Source: an uncultured Pelagibacteraceae bacterium (GTDB lineage: Bacteria; Pseudomonadota; Alphaproteobacteria; Pelagibacterales; AG-422-B15). Taken from it: a stretch of DNA of 64,000 nt. Shown piece after piece: positions 28,514 through 38,725 of this stretch. Both the position numbers and the translations under genes were made by a program. Below the pieces are notes generated by a model. That model made no database searches. It saw only the letters and a program-made list of their open reading frames with translations, and was not told the origin of the DNA. Position 1 is the first letter of the stretch. Each line of letters opens with the position of its first letter. The stretch is from NCBI GenBank assembly GCA_902571005.1, contig CACGAG010000001.1, positions 40,449 to 104,448 on the forward strand, written 5' to 3'.

Positions 28514-29585
28514 CGGCTCTCTTACCCTTCATAAAAATAGCATTCTTATCCAGAGGCCATCTTGGCCGGGGCCTAAAATTTAATTTATTAAATTTGTTTC
28601 TTTCAAATCTTTCAATTCCAGCTAATGCAATCATTGCACCGTTATCAGTACAATACTTGATCGACGGAAATAAAAATTCGCAATTTTCACTAGTTTCAAG
28701 TTGTTTCAGTGAATTACGAATACTTTTATTTGCAGCAACGCCTCCGGCGACAACAACTTTTAAATTTTTTTTAGATTTTACGATCCGTTTATATTCATTT
28801 ATTGCATTTTGAGTTTTGGTGAGAATAATTTTATTTATAGTTGCTTGAAATGATGCTGACATGTCTTTTTTAAACTTTTCTGTACACCTATTTTTAGCAA
28901 CAATATTTGCCACTGCAGACTTCAAGCCTGCAAATGAAAAATGTGCATTTTTTTCATGAATTAATGGCATAGGAAGTTCAAATTTATTTTCATTACCTAA
29001 AGCAGCATATTTTTCAATTTCGGGGCCACCTGGATAACCCAATTTAAGAAGACGGGCAGTTTTATCAAATGCTTCACCCAATGCGTCATCAATTGTTGTG
29101 CCAATTCGTTTGTAGCTATTAAAGTTTTTTATGATCGTGTATTCCGTATGACCCCCTGAAACTAACAACAACAGATAGGGGTATTCTATTTCTCTTTCTA
29201 GTTTAATTGAAAGAGCATGCCCCTCTAAATGATTTACGGCGATGAAAGGCTTATTTAAGTAATGAGCAAGTGTTTTTCCAGCTACAACTCCAACGAGAAG
29301 TCCACCTAGCAAACCAGGTCCGGCGGTTGCAGATATTGCATCAATTTTCTTAAACGTCATTTTTGCATCAGATAAAGCTTTGAGTACCAATTTATCAATT
29401 ATATCGGAATGCGCACGCGCCGCTAACTCTGGTACAACACCACCATAAAATTTATGAATATCAATTTGAGACTTCACTACATTCGACAGAACTCTGAATT
29501 TATTATCTATTTTCTCAACGATCGAGACTGAAGTCTCATCACAACTCGATTCAATTCCTAATACTCGTATTATTTTTTTTGTCAT
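28503..29585 (-). CDS. tsaD: tRNA N6-adenosine threonylcarbamoyltransferase
   Basis: 360 aa. 'VLGIESSCDETSVSIV', 'NHLEGHAL' and 'VVAGGVAANKSIR'. Confidence 0.95.
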   Translation of the reverse strand: MTKKIIRVLGIESSCDETSVSIVEKIDNKFRVLSNVVKSQIDIHKFYGGVVPELAARAHSDIIDKLVLKALSDAKMTFKKIDAISATAGPGLLGGLLVGVVAGKTLAHYLNKPFIAVNHLEGHALSIKLEREIEYPYLLLLVSGGHTEYTIIKNFNSYKRIGTTIDDALGEAFDKTARLLKLGYPGGPEIEKYAALGNENKFELPMPLIHEKNAHFSFAGLKSAVANIVAKNRCTEKFKKDMSASFQATINKIILTKTQNAINEYKRIVKSKKNLKVVVAGGVAANKSIRNSLKQLETSENCEFLFPSIKYCTDNGAMIALAGIERFERNKFNKLNFRPRPRWPLDKNAIFMKGKRAVEG

Positions 29586-29629
29586 ACTATTTAATAATGT
29601 ATCATATATACATTTAAGAATAATAATTT

Positions 29630-30592
29630 ATGTCAAATTTAAACAGAATTTTAGTTGGAATTAGAGATAGCAAATTATCAAGAACACAAACCAACATATT
29701 GCTGAATCAACTAGTAAGTGTTTCAAGAGAAATTACTAATGAGTCATTTGTTATAAAAACTATCAAAACAAAAGGAGACGTTCATAATGAAAAACGACTT
29801 GATCAGATTGGTGGTAAAGGTTTGTTTATCAAGGAAATTGAGGATCAAATATTAAAAAGTAAAGTAGATATTGGTGTTCACTCTATGAAGGATGTCCCAG
29901 CGGAGGATAGCTCAGATAAGCTTGATATTATATGTTGGTTCAAAAGAGAAAATCATCGCGAAGCGCTACTATCAAACTCCGGTCAGAAATTTTTTGACTT
30001 ACCTCCTGGATCAGTTATTGGAACGAGCTCTATTAGAAGAAGGGCCCAAATTCTAAATTTAAGACAAGATCTTAATATTAAATTGCTTAGAGGTAATGTA
30101 GATACGCGTATTAAAAAGCTTAGAGAAAATAATTATGATGCAATCATTTTAAGTTTTGCGGGACTAAAACGACTAGGTTTACTTGATCAAGTAACAGAGG
30201 AGCTGGATGAAGAAAATTTTCTTCCCGCGGCATGTCAAGGAACGATTGGAATACAGGCAAAGCGTGGCAACAATTTAAAAGATGTGTTTGCAATCATTAA
30301 TCATCATGAGACAGAAATCGCATCCCTCACTGAAAGAAAGGTCTTAAAAACTATAAAAGCTAATTGCAACAGTCCAATTTCAGTTTATTCGAAAATTAAA
30401 GATGACGTTATAGTTTTAAAATGTGAAATTTTTGATCACAATGGTTTAAAAATTTTTTCAAAAGATATATCTGATGTAAAAAATAAACACCTCAGTCTTG
30501 CTGATGAACTTTCACAGACCATACTTAAAGATGTGGGTCAAGAAAAAATAAATGAATTAAATAATATAAATGATTTTAATTATTCGTCCTAA
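29630..30592 (+). CDS. hemC: Hydroxymethylbilane synthase (porphobilinogen deaminase)
   Basis: 320 aa. 'GIRDSKLSRTQTN', 'GGKGLFIKEIE', 'TSSIRRRAQIL' and 'LPAACQGTIGIQ'. Confidence 0.93.
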   Translation: MSNLNRILVGIRDSKLSRTQTNILLNQLVSVSREITNESFVIKTIKTKGDVHNEKRLDQIGGKGLFIKEIEDQILKSKVDIGVHSMKDVPAEDSSDKLDIICWFKRENHREALLSNSGQKFFDLPPGSVIGTSSIRRRAQILNLRQDLNIKLLRGNVDTRIKKLRENNYDAIILSFAGLKRLGLLDQVTEELDEENFLPAACQGTIGIQAKRGNNLKDVFAIINHHETEIASLTERKVLKTIKANCNSPISVYSKIKDDVIVLKCEIFDHNGLKIFSKDISDVKNKHLSLADELSQTILKDVGQEKINELNNINDFNYSS

Positions 30593-31274
30593 AATTGATT
30601 TTGATATCATTGTTTCAGATCTTCAGAAATCAAAATATAAATTTCACAATGAGCCTTTTATGTATTTTAAAAAGCTTAGCCCTAAAATAAGATTCGATCC
30701 AAATTGTTTTTATTTAATTTCAAGTTTACAGGCCATAAAATTCTTAAAACTTAAAAAGAAATTTATTCAAAATGGAAATTTTTTGGTTATTGGACAAAAA
30801 GTAAAAAAAGGCATGCAATCAATAGGGGTTAAAAAAATTCATCATGTTTTTAAAGACAGTTATGATTTATTAAATTTTGTGAAGAAAGAAAAGTACGTAA
30901 ATCATATTCATCACTTAACAGGAACTGTTGCAAACGAAGTTTTAAATGAAATCAATAAAAAGAAATTAAAAAACTATAAATCAACAAAAGTTTATAAAGT
31001 TCTTTTTAAGAAAAAATTATCCAAACGCTTGAGAAAATTAATTGCTTCGGAAGAAATAGTATTTATGCTTCACTACTCCCTAAAAGTCTCAGAGGTGTTT
31101 TTTAAAAAAAATAGTCAAAATGAAAAGATTTGGTTTAAAAAGAAAATTTATCATTTGTGTATGAGCCCGCGGATTGCAAAAGGGCTTCAAAATTTGGGAG
31201 TTTCAAAAACATTGCTAAAAACATCAAAAAAACCCAACAATAAGTCTCTGTTGTTGCTTTTAAAACACATATAA
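30570..31274 (+). CDS. hemD: Uroporphyrinogen-III synthase (divergent)
   Basis: 234 aa, immediately after hemC with a 23-nt overlap as drawn. HemD-like landmarks are 'ILIIRP', 'FYLISSLQAIKFL', 'LVIGQKVKKGMQSIG' and 'LCMSPRIAKGLQNLG'. Low sequence conservation. Confidence 0.6.
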   Translation: MILIIRPKIDFDIIVSDLQKSKYKFHNEPFMYFKKLSPKIRFDPNCFYLISSLQAIKFLKLKKKFIQNGNFLVIGQKVKKGMQSIGVKKIHHVFKDSYDLLNFVKKEKYVNHIHHLTGTVANEVLNEINKKKLKNYKSTKVYKVLFKKKLSKRLRKLIASEEIVFMLHYSLKVSEVFFKKNSQNEKIWFKKKIYHLCMSPRIAKGLQNLGVSKTLLKTSKKPNNKSLLLLLKHI

Positions 31275-31520
31275 TAATGTACTAGAGAAACAGCGAAAAC
31301 ATTATTAATATTATAAAGTTGTTAAGTATCTGATTTTTAATAATAAAATTATTTTTAAAAGATTTTTAACAACTGATACAGTTTTAGAGAAAATACATAT
31401 AATAGCTTGACTAAATTTAATAAATTTAATCAAATACCTCTAATTAGGCTTACTTCAAAGCTATTAGTTACATTGAACAAAGTCTTTATGATTAGGATAT
31501 TTATTACGGGGGAAAGAAGT

Positions 31521-34502
31521 ATGATATCAACGATTAAAAAATTAAAATCAGCTCTACTTGGGTTGGTTGTTGTCATGTTTGTGCCATCAATTAGTGCTCA
31601 TGCATACGACTTAAACATGCCAGGATTTTCTGGTACTGTGAACACAACCGTCACATCCGGTTTCACAATGAGAACTGGTGAAAGAAATTGTTTGTTGCAA
31701 GACGGTATAAAATATAATGTCAATACTTCAGATTTGGGTGCTCCTCTTTTGGGCTTACTATCGGTCGAAACTGATTTAACGGCTGCTCAAGTTTTAACTG
31801 GTGGAAGCACTAACTATTTATTCAGTGATACTTGCTCAGGATTTCAGACTGATGCTTATGGCAACACATCTACAAACCGACTTCCATTCGGTTCTGTAAA
31901 TGCTGATGATGGTAACCTGAACTTTGATGATGGTGATATTGTTGATGCTACTCAAAAAGTATTTACAGAAATTACAGGCACAACTGATTCTGGTATCGGT
32001 GTAAACTTATCTTTTATAGGTTCATACAACCCCGTTTTGGACCTAACAACAGAGAGTTTTAAAAAGTTAACATCTGCCGCTGCTGATGAACTAGAAAGCG
32101 ATATTTCTGTACTTGATGCATACATCACTACCTCATTCGATGCTGGTGGTGACTTTGGATTTGTTGATGTTACTGCAGGTAACTTTGTAACAAGCTGGGG
32201 TGAAGCAACTTTCATTCCTGTGGGTCTAAACGGTTTTGTAACCAATGCATTGGATCTTACAAAACTAAGAGCACCCGGTGCATCCATTAGGGACTCATTG
32301 ATGCCGACTGAACAGATTTCAATTGCCTTTAGTGCTGGTGACTTTGGAGTAGAAGTTTACTCACAGTTTGACTCCGAGAAAGTTGCACTGGATCCAAAAG
32401 GTTCTTTCTTTGGAAGTGATGTCGCAGGAACTGGTGGAGATCGTATAATGGCAAGCGGACCGTATGAAAGTGAATTTGGTCATGAAGCGTCATGTCCAGG
32501 CTACGCAGTAATTCTTGCTGGACAAACTTGTAATAAAGCTCTTCACGACTCTACTTTAGCTACTGCAACAAGATCAGCTTACAATGATGCTTATAATTTA
32601 AGAAATGGTTTATCTACAGCTACTGCTACACAATGGACATATTGGACAGGTGTTGGTGCAGGCGTGGACCATGGTGGAGCATTCCAATCTTTAGTAGGAG
32701 CTCCTCCCGCACCACAATTTACAGTTGTTGAAGATACACTTGCTGCATTCACAACTAGCGGTGCAGCTAATGTTGCTGCTTTGAGCACTGTATACGGTGG
32801 GATAGATGAAACAGATTATACGAAAGCCGCAGCTGTTGAATTAAGAATGCATGAACAAAAATATGCTGCTGCAAGAGACGATGGACAGTGGGGTATTCGT
32901 GCATCTACATATGTAGATAACATTGGTTCAGGTATTGACCTTGGTTTCTACTATGCAAATTACCATTCTAAAACGCCTTATATTCAGATGATGGGTAAAA
33001 CAGGTGTTCTTGCTGGTGATATTATTGGAGCATTCACTGCAGTCAGCACTGACTTCCTAGGTCAAGACTCAACTAATGCAAATGAAATAGATAATGCTTT
33101 TCACATAGCAGGAACTGAAGGCGTAGGAGCTGTAGGAGCTCTTGCTGTTGGTTCATTGATGGTTCCTTATGTTAATGGAGCTTATGGTTCAGCTGTATGT
33201 GGTGGTCTTGGAGCTGCCCTTGCGAACTCAACTGTAAGTGTTGGAAATACTATTGATGATGAAGTATCAAAGCAAGTCTATCAAAACCTTACTTATAAAA
33301 AGGTAATTGACGGCGTTGGTAAAGTTCACAATCCAGCAACTTGTAATGCAGCCAATACATTAGGTGGAACTGAATATATGCCAATATTCTTGAGCTTGAC
33401 ACCTACTTTAGCTGCAGCTGTGACTCCTTTGAACTACGCGGAGTACCAGTTCATTTATCCTGAGGATAACCAAATTTTTGGATTAAGTTTCAGTACAACT
33501 GTAGGTGGAACTGTTGTTCAAGGTGAAGTGTCTTACCGACCTGACTTCCCACTTGCAACATCTGCAGGAGATCAGATCAATCAGATCGCTGACGCATCTG
33601 GAACTACTTTAGCGTTGACAGCATTTGGTCATGATACTTATGCATTATCGCCTGCTAATATTACGCCAGGTGTTGCTCTACCTGCAACGGTGAATGCATT
33701 AGCTACCGCTTCTGCAATATCAAAAGACTTTGGCACTCTATTAAAGGCTGCAAAAAGATCATCTTTACCAGTGATCGATCCAACATTAGTTAAGGTATAT
33801 GATGCTACTAGTTATTACCGTTCAAATGCGTTCATTAACTATGACGTGTATTCAGTTGATTTAGGTACGACCACATCATTCAGTGCGTCACACCCTTTAA
33901 CAAAAAATCTTGGAGCAGACTCAGCTTACTTCTTAACTGAACTTGCAATGGTCCAAATTGATTCAATGGATAATATCAATAACGGCTTTGTTGCTCGAAA
34001 CGGCTTTAACGAAGGTTCTGGAGAACATTTATGTCTTGGAATTTTTAACGGCCTGACATCTGCTGAAATTGCAGCGGTCAATGCTCAATCTGGACAACAG
34101 GCAATTGATTATGATTTATCAAGTCAAGGCGGTGTAACTAACCTAGGTGCCTCTATCGTTGATGCAGTATTTGGTAACGGTAGTTATTGTGAAGGCCAAA
34201 TGGGTGCTGATAAAACATCTTACAGTTATAGATTAGTTGGTGGTGCAACCTACAATAACTTTAACAATAGTACATGGTCAATCACACCAAACTTTGTTTG
34301 GTCTCATGATCCAAAAGGTTATGGGCCAAGTTCATTAGGTGGATTTGTCGACGGTAGACAAAGCCTATCTCTAGGACTTACTGCGAGCAAAGGTGATGCT
34401 ATCTCAGCTGCTATCAACTACGTTGAGCAAATGGGTGATGAAAAAGCTAACTTAAGAAATGATATGGATTATATGTCTGCGTCACTTTCTTACTCATTTT
34501 AA
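31521..34502 (+). CDS. DUF1302-family outer-membrane protein (unusually long)
   Basis: Start moved to ATG 31521, preceded by a GGGGGAAAGAAG RBS. Signal peptide is ...VVMFVPSISAHA. Family landmarks are 'GNFVTSWGEATFIPVGLN', 'DDGQWGIRASTY...GFYYANYHSKTPY', 'YPEDNQIFGLSFSTTVGGTVVQGEVSYRPDFPL' and 'WSHDPKGYGPSSLGGFVDGRQSLSLGL'. C-terminal '...SLSYSF'. Confidence 0.8.
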   Translation: MISTIKKLKSALLGLVVVMFVPSISAHAYDLNMPGFSGTVNTTVTSGFTMRTGERNCLLQDGIKYNVNTSDLGAPLLGLLSVETDLTAAQVLTGGSTNYLFSDTCSGFQTDAYGNTSTNRLPFGSVNADDGNLNFDDGDIVDATQKVFTEITGTTDSGIGVNLSFIGSYNPVLDLTTESFKKLTSAAADELESDISVLDAYITTSFDAGGDFGFVDVTAGNFVTSWGEATFIPVGLNGFVTNALDLTKLRAPGASIRDSLMPTEQISIAFSAGDFGVEVYSQFDSEKVALDPKGSFFGSDVAGTGGDRIMASGPYESEFGHEASCPGYAVILAGQTCNKALHDSTLATATRSAYNDAYNLRNGLSTATATQWTYWTGVGAGVDHGGAFQSLVGAPPAPQFTVVEDTLAAFTTSGAANVAALSTVYGGIDETDYTKAAAVELRMHEQKYAAARDDGQWGIRASTYVDNIGSGIDLGFYYANYHSKTPYIQMMGKTGVLAGDIIGAFTAVSTDFLGQDSTNANEIDNAFHIAGTEGVGAVGALAVGSLMVPYVNGAYGSAVCGGLGAALANSTVSVGNTIDDEVSKQVYQNLTYKKVIDGVGKVHNPATCNAANTLGGTEYMPIFLSLTPTLAAAVTPLNYAEYQFIYPEDNQIFGLSFSTTVGGTVVQGEVSYRPDFPLATSAGDQINQIADASGTTLALTAFGHDTYALSPANITPGVALPATVNALATASAISKDFGTLLKAAKRSSLPVIDPTLVKVYDATSYYRSNAFINYDVYSVDLGTTTSFSASHPLTKNLGADSAYFLTELAMVQIDSMDNINNGFVARNGFNEGSGEHLCLGIFNGLTSAEIAAVNAQSGQQAIDYDLSSQGGVTNLGASIVDAVFGNGSYCEGQMGADKTSYSYRLVGGATYNNFNNSTWSITPNFVWSHDPKGYGPSSLGGFVDGRQSLSLGLTASKGDAISAAINYVEQMGDEKANLRNDMDYMSASLSYSF

Positions 34503-34522
34503 TTTAGGGAGAGGAACCAAAA

Positions 34523-35740
34523 ATGAATAAAATGAATATAAAAAAATTAATTATCACACTGGTTGCTGCTTTGGGTATATCTGCAACATCAGTTATTGCA
34601 GATGGACACAAGTACACAGTAGATAGTTCTAATTACACATCATACACAGATAAGTTGTCACCGGGACAGCTGACTATGTTCTCTGCGTATCCAGACACTT
34701 ACAAAATTCACGTGCATGAAACTGGCGCAGATTGTCAGATACCAACTGAAATTAAAGCCATATCACAGACGAATGGAACTATGGTGAACGATAATGAAGG
34801 TCTTGAACTTCCTAATATGGGTCAGCTTCCTTTCCCAAACCCTACAGAAGCTCAGCACTACATCTGGAATATGCGACTAAATTCGAGTAATGTTTCCTCT
34901 GTTTTCCGTGTAGCAACATCTACAAATGTTCAAGCAGACGGATCTATCATCATTGGTCAACAGGAAACAAACATTGTATTCCCAAGGAATCCAAACACTG
35001 TTTCTCAATATGCCGACAAAAATATTTACGCAATGTTCATGCAGAAAAACTTAGGACCACCAAGATCAGCTGGAACTACAACTCTTGTGCATGACTTTAT
35101 TGACAGTTACGTGCAGCCTCGTAAAGCGTGGCAGTACAACCCTGCAACAAGACGTGTGAGAAGAGCACCTGACATTACTTATGACACAGTGCTTCTTGCT
35201 GGTGGCGGTATTGTTGTTGTGGATCAGTACGGTGGTTTTAATGGTGCGCAAGATAAATATGATTGGACTTACGAAGGTAAGAAAACAATGATTGTTCCTG
35301 CATCCAATGATGCGCTTGCAGATAATGCAATTGAAACCACTCATGGTCAAAATCATTTAAATCCTGATTACGTGCGTTACGAAGAAAGAGATGTCCATGT
35401 TGTACATGCACAATTAAAGCCAGGTCAAAGACACCTTTATGCTTCAAGAACATTCTATATTATGGATGATGATTTTTATAATCTTTCAATCATGGATGCC
35501 TATGACGACAATGGTGAACTTATGAGACACCAAATAGGTACAATGGTTACTGGTATCGAAGGAACAGAAGCTAATGAGTGTAATATTCAAGGTGAGTTTA
35601 CATTTGACTTTGCAACCAGAACATACACAGGTAACAACCAACTAGGGTCTGGATTTAGTACAGTTCCTACTGTTTACAATGGTGAAGAAAAGCCTGCTAG
35701 TTTCTTTACCCCAGACGGTCTAAGACGTTACGCTAGATAG
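34523..35740 (+). CDS. DUF1329-family (LolA-like fold) periplasmic/outer-membrane-associated protein
   Basis: 405 aa with a signal peptide. Partnered directly with DUF1302 (20-nt gap), as is typical for this pair. 'LSPGQLTMFSAYPDTYKIHVHET' and 'YDWTYEGKKTMIVPASND' fit the family as I remember it. Confidence 0.75.
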   Translation: MNKMNIKKLIITLVAALGISATSVIADGHKYTVDSSNYTSYTDKLSPGQLTMFSAYPDTYKIHVHETGADCQIPTEIKAISQTNGTMVNDNEGLELPNMGQLPFPNPTEAQHYIWNMRLNSSNVSSVFRVATSTNVQADGSIIIGQQETNIVFPRNPNTVSQYADKNIYAMFMQKNLGPPRSAGTTTLVHDFIDSYVQPRKAWQYNPATRRVRRAPDITYDTVLLAGGGIVVVDQYGGFNGAQDKYDWTYEGKKTMIVPASNDALADNAIETTHGQNHLNPDYVRYEERDVHVVHAQLKPGQRHLYASRTFYIMDDDFYNLSIMDAYDDNGELMRHQIGTMVTGIEGTEANECNIQGEFTFDFATRTYTGNNQLGSGFSTVPTVYNGEEKPASFFTPDGLRRYAR

Positions 35741-35770
35741 AGGTACTTTACCTTTATATATCTTTAATTT

Positions 35771-35810
35771 AAAACCCGACTTGAAAATTTTAGGTCGGGT
35801 TTTAATTTTT
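35771..35810 (+). terminator. Rho-independent terminator after the DUF1302/DUF1329 pair
   Basis: 10-bp stem AAAACCCGAC (35771-35780) / GTCGGGTTTT (35794-35803) with a 13-nt loop, followed by a T-rich tail. Confidence 0.65.
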
Positions 35811-35820
35811 AATTTGGGCT

Positions 35821-36951
35821 ATGAAAACTAAATTCATCATTATAATCATTAATTTGTTATTCTTAACAAATCTTTCTTTTTCTTCGCAATTCAATTTTGG
35901 AACTGAATTTGCCGCAAAATCTCCCAATGCACATAAAGCACTAATCAATGCGTTAGAGAAATCTGGAGATAGAATATTTGGCGTTGGAGTTCACGGAATC
36001 ATTATTTATTCAGACGATGAAGGAGAGACATGGACTCAAGCCGATCAAGTCCCATTTACAAAAACATTAACTGACATAAGTTGTCCAACGCAAAATAAAT
36101 GCTGGGCCACAGGTCATGATGCCACTATCCTTCACTCATATGATGCAGGCAAAACGTGGCAAATACAGTATCAGGATGTGGAATTTGATGCTCCATTTCT
36201 TTCAATTCATATGTACGATGATTACGAAGGTGTAGCGATAGGTGCGTTTGCATTATCGCTTAGAACGGCAAACGGTGGAATTAGTTGGGATTATTTATTT
36301 ATTGATGATGATGAATTCCAACCTCACCTCAATTACACATACGGAGATAACCAAGCATGGAGAAAGTCAGCTCAAAATGAAGGCTACGCTGTTGGAGAGC
36401 TTGGCAAATATTATGTAACAGACGATCGCGGATTGAATTGGCTTGCAATTGAAACTGGTTATTTTGGTTCGTATTGGTCGGGCATAAAAGTAGATGAGGG
36501 ACAATCATTACTGTTAGGTATGTCAGGTAAAATTACACTCGCTACCTTATATGAATTAAATGATCCGGTTCCACCAGATAAAGAAACAGCGATTGCATGT
36601 TATGAGTCAGGGTATTATCGTGGCGATTGTAAAGTTTATGCTTTTGACGATTTATTCATTGGTACAAAAAATAGTTTAACTAATGCCAATTTATTAGATG
36701 ACGGAAGAATTGTTCTAAGTGGCAACGGCGGTGTTATAAGTGTTATTGATATAGTAAGGGAAAAAAATATAAAGACGTGTGTTCGTTCAGACCGTTTAAG
36801 TAATACTTCTGTTATTCCATTAAGCATTGATACTTTTCTAATTGCGGGAGAAAATGGTATGCGTAAACATAGTATGCAAGAATGCTATCAAAATTTTGTA
36901 TCAGAAGACTCAACTTCTCAGGATACATTTTACGAAATAAGCATTAATTAA
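35821..36951 (+). CDS. BNR/Asp-box repeat, Ycf48-like beta-propeller protein
   Basis: 376 aa with a signal peptide. Four clear Asp-boxes: 'SDDEGETW', 'SYDAGKTW', 'TANGGISW' and 'TDDRGLNW'. Confidence 0.8.
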   Translation: MKTKFIIIIINLLFLTNLSFSSQFNFGTEFAAKSPNAHKALINALEKSGDRIFGVGVHGIIIYSDDEGETWTQADQVPFTKTLTDISCPTQNKCWATGHDATILHSYDAGKTWQIQYQDVEFDAPFLSIHMYDDYEGVAIGAFALSLRTANGGISWDYLFIDDDEFQPHLNYTYGDNQAWRKSAQNEGYAVGELGKYYVTDDRGLNWLAIETGYFGSYWSGIKVDEGQSLLLGMSGKITLATLYELNDPVPPDKETAIACYESGYYRGDCKVYAFDDLFIGTKNSLTNANLLDDGRIVLSGNGGVISVIDIVREKNIKTCVRSDRLSNTSVIPLSIDTFLIAGENGMRKHSMQECYQNFVSEDSTSQDTFYEISIN

Positions 36952-37721
36952 TGTCGCGTGTAGAAGGTAAGGTTGCAATTATTACGGGAGCCGCCTCTGG
37001 ATTAGGTTATGCTGCGGCAGTGAAATTAATGAGTGAAGGCGCTAAAGTCATGCTCTCAGACATCAATGAGGAAATGCTAAGCACAATGCCTGAGAGACTC
37101 AAGGATTTTAGCGAGACCCAATTTGGCACATTTGTTCATGATGTTACAAATGAGCAGGCTTGGATGGATTTGATAGAAAAAACGGAAAATGAATTTGGTA
37201 AAATCAATATTCTTATTAATAGTGCTGGGATTTCACTCGGCGCTGATATTGTTTCAACTGAATTTGATGTATGGAAAAAAGTTCATCAGGTAAACTTAGA
37301 TAGTGTCTTTTTGGGATGTAAATATGCTATTCCAGTAATGAGTAAATCTGGACAGGGTTCAATTATAAACATTTCATCTATTTCTGGAATTGTTGCTGGT
37401 TGGAATACAGCTGCTTATAATTCCTCAAAAGCAGGTGTTCGCTTATTAAGTAAATCAGTAGCATTGTATTGCGCTAAAAAAGGATTCGATGTTCGCTGCA
37501 ATTCAGTTCATCCGGCATTTGTAAATACACCAATTCTTGATCCAATAAAGCAAGCATTTGGTGCTGAAGAAGCAGTAGCGAAGCTGTCTCGTCAAATACC
37601 AATGAACAAAATTGGTGACACTGATGATGTTTCTTACGCAATTTTATACTTAGCCTCAGATGAATCGAAATTTATGACAGGGACAGAAATTGTTCTTGAT
37701 GGCGGTCTCAGCGCAATGTAA
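36951..37721 (+). CDS. Short-chain dehydrogenase/reductase (classical SDR)
   Basis: 256 aa. 'ITGAASGLG' cofactor motif, 'NSAG', and catalytic 'YNSSKAG'. TAATG overlap with the BNR gene. Confidence 0.88.
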   Translation: MSRVEGKVAIITGAASGLGYAAAVKLMSEGAKVMLSDINEEMLSTMPERLKDFSETQFGTFVHDVTNEQAWMDLIEKTENEFGKINILINSAGISLGADIVSTEFDVWKKVHQVNLDSVFLGCKYAIPVMSKSGQGSIINISSISGIVAGWNTAAYNSSKAGVRLLSKSVALYCAKKGFDVRCNSVHPAFVNTPILDPIKQAFGAEEAVAKLSRQIPMNKIGDTDDVSYAILYLASDESKFMTGTEIVLDGGLSAM

Positions 37722-37737
37722 CTTCGTTCTTGTAACG

Positions 37738-38433
37738 ATGAAGTCAAAAAAAGCATTAATGATTGTCCACCAGCCTCGATCGAGCACAGGTGATGTAGGA
37801 TTAAAATTACGTGACAGAGGTTATGAATTGGATGTTCGCCGTCCAGTCATTGGTGAAAAACTACCCGACTCAATGAACGACCATGATGTTGCAGTCATTT
37901 ATGGCGGGCCACCAAGCGCCAATGATAATTTAGATTATATCAAACTTGAAATTGATTGGATCACAGTTGCTTTAGAGTCAAAAAAACCTCTGCTTGGTAT
38001 ATGTCTTGGAGCTCAAATGCTAGCAAAAAATTTGGGTGGAACCGTTCAACGTGCCAAGGATCAGCAATTTGAAATTGGATTTTATGATTTACAGCCAACA
38101 GGAGACGGTCATAAAATATTTCAAAATCAAAAAACATTTTTTCAATGGCATAAAGAGGGCTTTAAAGTTCCAAAAGAATGTGATGTTCTCGCTTACGGTG
38201 AAACTTTTCCGCAGCAAGCATTTAGGTATAAAAATGCAATGGGTATTCAATTTCACCCTGAAGTAAATCTTAAAATGCATTTGCGATGGCTGTATTATGC
38301 GGGTTATATGCTAAGAGAAAAAGGAGCTCAAAAACGTCAATATCAAATGGATCAAAGACTTAGTCATGGTAAAAAAATCAATATGTGGTTAGACTCTTTT
38401 TTAGATAATTATTTTCTTATAGATAAATCATGA
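37738..38433 (+). CDS. Class I glutamine amidotransferase (GuaA-N-like stand-alone domain)
   Basis: Start moved to ATG 37738 (MKSKKALMIVHQ...). Nucleophile elbow 'LLGICLGAQML' and 'MGIQFHPEV' His/Glu. Confidence 0.8.
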   Translation: MKSKKALMIVHQPRSSTGDVGLKLRDRGYELDVRRPVIGEKLPDSMNDHDVAVIYGGPPSANDNLDYIKLEIDWITVALESKKPLLGICLGAQMLAKNLGGTVQRAKDQQFEIGFYDLQPTGDGHKIFQNQKTFFQWHKEGFKVPKECDVLAYGETFPQQAFRYKNAMGIQFHPEVNLKMHLRWLYYAGYMLREKGAQKRQYQMDQRLSHGKKINMWLDSFLDNYFLIDKS

Positions 38434-38723
38434 ACTCACTCATAATTCTCTTTGACCAAATTATAAATCTTTACACCTGGGTCTTGATCATTAATGTGAT
38501 ATTCAGTTGGTTAATTGCAATGAGTATTTTTAATACTCAGAATAGAATTATTATTGCAATTTATTTTGGAACAAAACGACTAACTGATCCTCTTCTTAAT
38601 CCAATAAGAAATTTTCTTCCAAATCTAGGAGGGATTGATATATCGCCGGTAGTCCTAATTCTGATACTTTACTTTATAAGAAACTTACTTTACGAGTATT
38701 TCTACTTAGGAATTCCTATTTAA
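38430..38723 (+). CDS. YggT-family membrane protein
   Basis: 97 aa, 2-3 TM segments. '[28 protein letters not shown]' is the YggT signature. Confidence 0.8.
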   Translation: MNSLIILFDQIINLYTWVLIINVIFSWLIAMSIFNTQNRIIIAIYFGTKRLTDPLLNPIRNFLPNLGGIDISPVVLILILYFIRNLLYEYFYLGIPI

Positions 38724-38725
38724 AT

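Noticed and set aside
31407-31520. N-terminal extensions in the ORF track (31407 TTG for DUF1302, 16162-16248 for the Lon-N protein, 37690-37737 for the amidotransferase, 7096-7125 for the porin)
   Set aside because: In each case an internal ATG with a purine-rich RBS yields a canonical N-terminus (a signal peptide or the family-typical start). The upstream codons read as AT-rich non-coding sequence.
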